Shown here: in pieces, positions 58,900 to 64,000 of the stretch
Numbering within the stretch: the first letter of the stretch is position 1
How the letters are laid out: the number at the start of each line of letters is the position of its first letter
NCBI GenBank assembly: GCA_031835245.2
Contig: JAVKOQ020000003.1
Location: 372,001 to 436,000 of the forward strand
DNA: 64,000 bases
Direction of reading: 5' to 3'
Source: Balamuthia mandrillaris
Taxonomy: Eukaryota
Notes under the pieces: generated by a model
Databases searched by the model: none
Told to the model about the DNA's origin: nothing
The model's input: the letters and a program-made list of their open reading frames with translations, nothing else
Program-made: the position numbers and the translations under genes

Positions 58900-59700
58900 T
58901 TACGAAGTCCAGACGTCGGTCCATCCCAAGCACTCGACCCTATTTCCAACGCTGCTGACCTCCACAGCGTGGGCAAGCGGTTGGTCCACTGGTATGCCAT
59001 GAAAAGCCACAAAGAACGTTTGGCAGTTCAAAGCGAAGGAAACGGTCCTCCTTTCCATGTCCAATGCAACCCTGACGATGGTGTTATCGCGCAACTGCTT
59101 TGGCTCCCTGGCCGGAGAGCTGAACATTCCGAGTTGAAGGGTGGCCCAAGGCTCCATCCACGCTGCAGATGTACCAACCGCTCTCGTCACGGTTCCTCGT
59201 TGCAGTTTGGTCACTAGAGGTTGGAGCCACACCGATAACCAGGGAGGGATCTTCACGCAGGATAACAGTCCAGCAGTGCTTTTCCGTGCAAACAGCATTG
59301 CTGAGAAAACTCAGAGAATTGTACTAGCCATCGTCACTGACCTTAGATATCACTTGCCCCAAAGCTTGGCAGTGGGGACCCAGTTTGAACTTGGCTGGAG
59401 GTCCGATCTGAAGTCCCTGCATCATCGTCAGCAACTGGATATTTTGCTTCTCCAGAGTCTTGAAGTGAAGAAAGACGTTGCGTTGATGGTGCCACGTGCA
59501 TTCCTTCAGGTGTTCCTCAAGAGAACCTCTGGTCAACGTGACACCGCACCCTATGTCTGCCGAGGCGCATGAGAAGAGCATTGCAAGTTATGGTTTGGCA
59601 CTTGGCGAGGTGCTACGGCAGTTCCGCACCCCCATTTGCACGCTGTTCCACCGGAGAGAAGAGTTAACGGCTCGGGATCAAGCGAGAGAGCGAGAGCGAG

Positions 59701-59755
<55 letters not shown>

Positions 59756-59948
59756 AAGAGCATACACGCTGAGGACACGAAAGAACATGTTCGTTGAGTT
59801 CTCCTCTGCTGTTTTTAAAGGCAGGGCAGACGACGATGACCTCATTCAACGCTTTGCAAACAAAACGTGGAGCAGAAACGAGATTGTCCTCTAGTCCGTT
59901 TGAACTACAATCAGGGCACTTATTGGAGTCCTTGACCCAAAGGCTCAC
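58900..59948 (-). pseudogene. Degraded RING / TRAF-type zinc finger / SPRY gene
   Basis: RING tail WVKDSNKCPDC; TRAF-like fingers (CKWGCG..NHNLQC; CASADIGCGVTLTRGSLEEHLKEC); SPRY-like VRVALDMERRTVSFALN. The pieces fall in different frames with stops, and the 5' end is missing. Confidence 0.65.
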
Positions 59949-60018
59949 CTCAAGCCAACAGATATCCCCCTGAGGTCACTCGATGGAACGCCTGGGACTG
60001 TCTCCTCTCCAACAGCTT
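59935..60018 (+). repeat. About 84-nt direct copy of 57582-57666 (internal part of the GT2 ORF)
   Basis: ACCCAAAGGCTCACCTCAAGCC...CTCCAACAGCTT is identical in both places except for one missing C. Confidence 0.92.
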
Positions 60019-60363
60019 GTTGTAAATGAGACTAGGCAACCAAACGGGAGGATGAGTGCAAAGGAACCATGACATACAAGAGGAAACAGATGATGTGGAT
60101 GATAGTAATTGGGCCACATGCAAGTTGGTGGTCGACGTTAACGGTGGATCAGCTATTAAGATCTATGCTATCGAACAGGAGCAAAATACCACGAAGGCAG
60201 CTACCGGTGACACGGAACGAGAGGTTGATGAAGGAGGGAACAAAGAGGGACAATGCGAAAGATAAACGGATGGAAAACGGCGAGTCTGAGAGTCAGAAGA
60301 AGTCTCTCCGTCAGAGTAGAACAAACAAACTTTAAATAAAGGAGGGCTCTATTTGTCTAATTC

Positions 60364-61074
60364 TTAGTTGACCAAGGCGTATCCACTGCGGTGACTCCTG
60401 AACGCGCTTGCAAGCAAGAACAAGGTCACGCCGAAGTAAAAGGGCCAGGCGAGAATGGCCACAAGCCAACCGGGAGCTGCCCAGGCCCAGGTCTGATCGT
60501 TCAAGTCCTTATGGTGAGTGCCGAAAAAGGTTTCCCAAGGTCCCCAGTCACCTGGTGTCCGCCCAACGTCCTCACGGATGGCTTTGGGAAGAGTGGCAGC
60601 AAAGACCACAATGCAGATCGCGAAGAGTACGGTGCCCAGGGCTAACAATCCTCCCGCAATCAAAAGGCCTTGCTTCGAAGGAAGGGACTTGGAGGAAGAG
60701 CAACAGCTTTTGACGGAGATGTAGAGAGCAACTCCCAGGAAGAGGAGCATGCTTATAAAGAGAAGGAAGAAGGAGGCAGCAAACGTTTTGGTGACGTGAG
60801 TGAATCCATCTGCACCCCAAAAGCCGTTCTCCGGGGAGAAAGGAGGAGAAACAACGTCGCAGTTAAATCGGCAGATGGGTTCCGCAGAATCGCGGCATAG
60901 GACGTTGGCCCAGAAGAAGAAGGTGCCGGTGGCACAATTCGTCGAGGAGCTACCGGTGTTGATGGTGTAGGTGGTGGCAAAAGAGTACCAAGGAATAACC
61001 ATGGCGAGCACGATAAACACGGCCGTGGTCCATACACAGCAAAACCCGCAACACTTTTGAACGGTGCAACCCAT
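60364..61074 (-). CDS. Four-TM claudin/PMP22/amastin-like membrane protein (intronless)
   Basis: Four hydrophobic helices, PWY after TM1, Cys-containing first loop, C-terminal GYALV (YxxPhi) sorting-like motif. Confidence 0.65.
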   Translation of the reverse strand: MGCTVQKCCGFCCVWTTAVFIVLAMVIPWYSFATTYTINTGSSSTNCATGTFFFWANVLCRDSAEPICRFNCDVVSPPFSPENGFWGADGFTHVTKTFAASFFLLFISMLLFLGVALYISVKSCCSSSKSLPSKQGLLIAGGLLALGTVLFAICIVVFAATLPKAIREDVGRTPGDWGPWETFFGTHHKDLNDQTWAWAAPGWLVAILAWPFYFGVTLFLLASAFRSHRSGYALVN

Positions 61075-61715
61075 TTCCAAGCTGTTCGTTTTCCTCTTCT
61101 TCTGGTTTCTGTGTTATCCGTGTGATGAAGGAAAAAAAAAACAAAAAAAAAAAATGGCTTGTTAGCTATGTACTAAAAGCTTTCGCAACAAGGAAGAAAG
61201 GCCTCGGAAAAGTAGGCCAAGCAAAAAGCCCGCACTCCCACGAAACAACGAGAGGACAGGATAGGTGGATCCAAGAGACGTCTCCTTATAAAGCAAGAAT
61301 TTCGGTATACACGTGTCCTGTCCTTCCGAGCCGTCCGTTGAGAATTCTTTTTAAGATGGTTGACCCAAAGGCATGCCAAGCACGGAGAGATATGACAGGC
61401 ATGCAGGGGGACACCGGCCGCTCGAAGTGCCCTGGTTCCTTACGCTCTCGTAGCGCCGAACACCCAAACACCCCGGAAGCTATTCAAGACGACACGGGTA
61501 ATCCTTGTCCAATTTTCAGGACGACATGAAATTCTATAGTTACTTTTAAAAAACAGATTGAAGAAAGCTTCCGATGGGCTAGCCTTCTAGTCTTCTCCTT
61601 CTCCTTCTCCTTCTCCGTCTCCTTCTGAGTGTCTGTTCTTCTTCTTCTTCTTCATTGACGTGGAGGAGAGCACTCAACAAACAAACAAACAAACAAACAA
61701 ACAAACAAAAAAATA

Positions 61716-62157
61716 ATGCAGTCCACCGCGTCCACATCCACCGAGGCATCCGCCTCTCCTCCTTCGGTGAGCCCCACGAAGGCCTTTTTGGGCGGCATCG
61801 CCGTCGCGTTGCTCGGCGCTACTGCCGTTGGAGCTGTCGTTTGGTTTTGGTTGCAGCGCCACCGCAAGCGATCTTTCGCTTCCTCTCCTCCGCCCCCCGC
61901 CAGACCTCTCCCTCCTCTTCCTCTTCCGCTTCCGCTTCCACCGCCCGTGGTGGTGCCCTACCCGCTGCACGCGGCTGCCTTTGACGGAGACGTGGAGGCT
62001 CTGCGCCGTCTGGTGCTGTCCTCCGGTGGCAATGAGGCAGGAGCCGAGCTGGACATCAACGCCGCTGTGCCTGCCACTCCGCTCTTTGTGGGTGAGTCAC
62101 CCACCCTCACGGCTTGTGTCTCTCTCTTCTCTTCTTTTCTTCTCTTGTTCACTTCTT

Positions 62158-62205
<48 letters not shown>

Positions 62206-63637
62206 CTGATTCGTTGTTTCTCCTTCCTCTGCTTCTTCCGAGTAGCATGCCAACAAGGCCGAGCGGAGGCAGTCTCCCTCCTTCTCTCCGTGGCTGGCGT
62301 CCAAGTGGACGCCCCTCACCGCGCCTCAGGCCAGACGCCCCTCTACGTGGCCTCTCTCCACGGGCACGCCTCCGTAGTGCGAGTGCTGTTGGAGGAGGGA
62401 GGGGCCGATCCGAACTTGCCAGTGGTGCAGGACGGGACCACCGCCCTGTTCGTGGCCTGCCAGGAGGGGCATGCGGATGTGGTGGCAATCCTGTTGGAGG
62501 AGAAGTATGGTGTAGACCTCAATAGAGCTACAAGAATGGGAGGTAGGTTCTCTCTGTTCTCTCTCTCTATTCCTGCTCTGTTTCCTTGTTAATCGTCCTC
62601 CTCCTTATCACCTCCTTCTTTCATCCAAAGGAACCGCTCTCTTCATTGCCAGTCAGGAAGGTCATCACCAAGTAGTCTCGCTTCTTCTCTCCCACGGTCG
62701 CCAACTGGACCTCCATGCCCGCACATTGACCGGAAGCAGTGCCCTATCCGTGGCCAGCGCCAACGGCCACCATGGCATTGTCTCCTCTCTGTTGCAAGCT
62801 GAAGGTGAGTTCAAGTTGAGAGCAACTGCGTTGAATGGAATGGCACGCGATGGAACCACTCCTCTCTTCTTGGCATGTGAAGGCGGACATTTGGGGGTTG
62901 TTCGATTGTTGTTGAGACATCAACACGCTCCTCCTCAACAGGATATAGAACAAGACAAGAAGCAGAAAGAAGAGGATAGTGATGAAGAAGGTGAAGAAGA
63001 TGGCAGAGTGAAGCTGAATACGAGAAGATTTAGCGATTGGATGACGCCTTTGTTGGTTGCGGTTGAGCAAGGTCACGACGCCGTTGTTCATGAACTCCTC
63101 TGTTCTTCCGCCTCCGCTCCTCCTCCTTCTACGGAACCATCAACAGCAAACGAAGACGCTAACGGAAGAGTGATCTCGAATGGATTGCAGTTGGACTTGT
63201 TTTTGGAAGCTAAGAGAGAGGATGGATTCGGCGCCTTGAGCTTAGCTGCCAGTCAGGGAGCAGCTCCCGTTGTGGACTGGCTCCTTCAATGCGGAGCCAA
63301 CCCGAACTCTGAAGTTTCTGAAGGTACGAAAACGTAGACAGAGCGCGAGAGAGAGAACAAGCGAGAGTAAGAACATCCGACTCAACCGCGAAACGAACAA
63401 AAAATAGGAGTAACCCCATTATATCTGGCGGCGAGTAACGGCCACATATCGGTGGTGAAGCTGTTGCTTGAGCACAGTGGGGTCATGGTGGATGCGGCCA
63501 CGCCGGACGGTCGCACTCCTCTCTCAGCCGCTGCCCAAGCCGGTCACGGCGATGTCTTCAGAGAGCTGATGAAGGCGGGCGCGCTTCCTCCCTCTCTCCC
63601 TCCTGTTCGCCTGTGCGGCGATCATGTGACGTCATAA
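61716..63637 (+). CDS. Ankyrin-repeat protein with N-terminal TM anchor, multi-exon
   Basis: TM segment GGIAVALLGATAVGAVVWFWL; many TPL/TAL-x-x-A-x-x-x-GH repeats. Confidence 0.85.
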
Positions 63638-63895
63638 CATCCACAAAAGGTAAAATTATCCCATATTTTGACCAATCGGAAAGTTTTAACACCATTTACC
63701 CGAAAAAACAGGTCAAGTTGGGCTCCATTTGTGCTGTAGATATCAAAATTTGCCGAAAATTACCAAAAAAAAAAATAAAAAACGAATTTTGAAAATGACG
63801 TAATTAGGGATTATAAATAAAAGGTTTTAATAGATGATCTGATCGTCGACAGAAATGAGTATTCTAAAAAGAAAAAGAAAGAGAGAGAGAAAAAG

Positions 63896-64000
63896 ATGAA
63901 CTTCCCAGCAGGAGGAGGAGGGTGGCCACCCCCTCACGGTGGTCCTCCACCACCTTTTCATGACGCTTCTCTTTTTATCCCGAGTCCTTCTCTCTCTTTT
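63896..64000 (+). CDS. Possible 5' end of the next gene (MNFPAGGGGWPPPHGGPPPP..), truncated by the window edge
   Basis: ATG after a purine-rich leader and a GTCGAC site; Pro/Gly-rich open frame. Confidence 0.3.
   Translation, partial: MNFPAGGGGWPPPHGGPPPPFHDASLFIPSPSLSF

Noticed and set aside
1..64000. Autonomous transposon, viral insert, tRNA or prokaryotic defence system
   Set aside because: No transposase, RT, integrase, capsid or Cas motifs and no tRNA cloverleaf were recognised by eye.

Overview
Gene-dense eukaryotic nuclear DNA with short spliceosomal introns full of (CT)n/(CTT)n tracts. It is most likely an amoebozoan close to Acanthamoeba, inferred from the 5S rRNA as I recall the Acanthamoeba sequence; Balamuthia is a plausible but unverified guess. 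There are about 22 protein genes: eIF3c, an ankyrin-filamin-PH protein, SCAR/WAVE, an NCoR/Snt1-like SANT co-repressor, DUSP12/YVH1, TMEM258/OST5, a long NagB-LmbE fusion, a KCTD-like BTB protein, two SPT small-subunit-like paralogs, an extended SDR, EngA/Der, PPAT, a GT2-like glycosyltransferase, a claudin-like 4-TM protein, an ankyrin protein and several orphans. The window also holds one dispersed 5S rRNA gene and a RING/TRAF/SPRY pseudogene. The best candidate for an undescribed system is a four-member family of single-pass receptor tyrosine-kinase-like genes. They have divergent N-x-G-P-S (DUF11/Ig-like) ectodomains with variable module number, a conserved juxtamembrane Tyr and Tyr-less activation loops, and the kinase regions of two neighbours are homogenised, introns included. 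Other notable signals are a NagB domain lacking its catalytic residues, a bacterial-like intronless GT2 that donated a fragment to the adjacent pseudogene, and two unexplained structured intergenic elements. All exon models were spliced by eye and no database searches were run.
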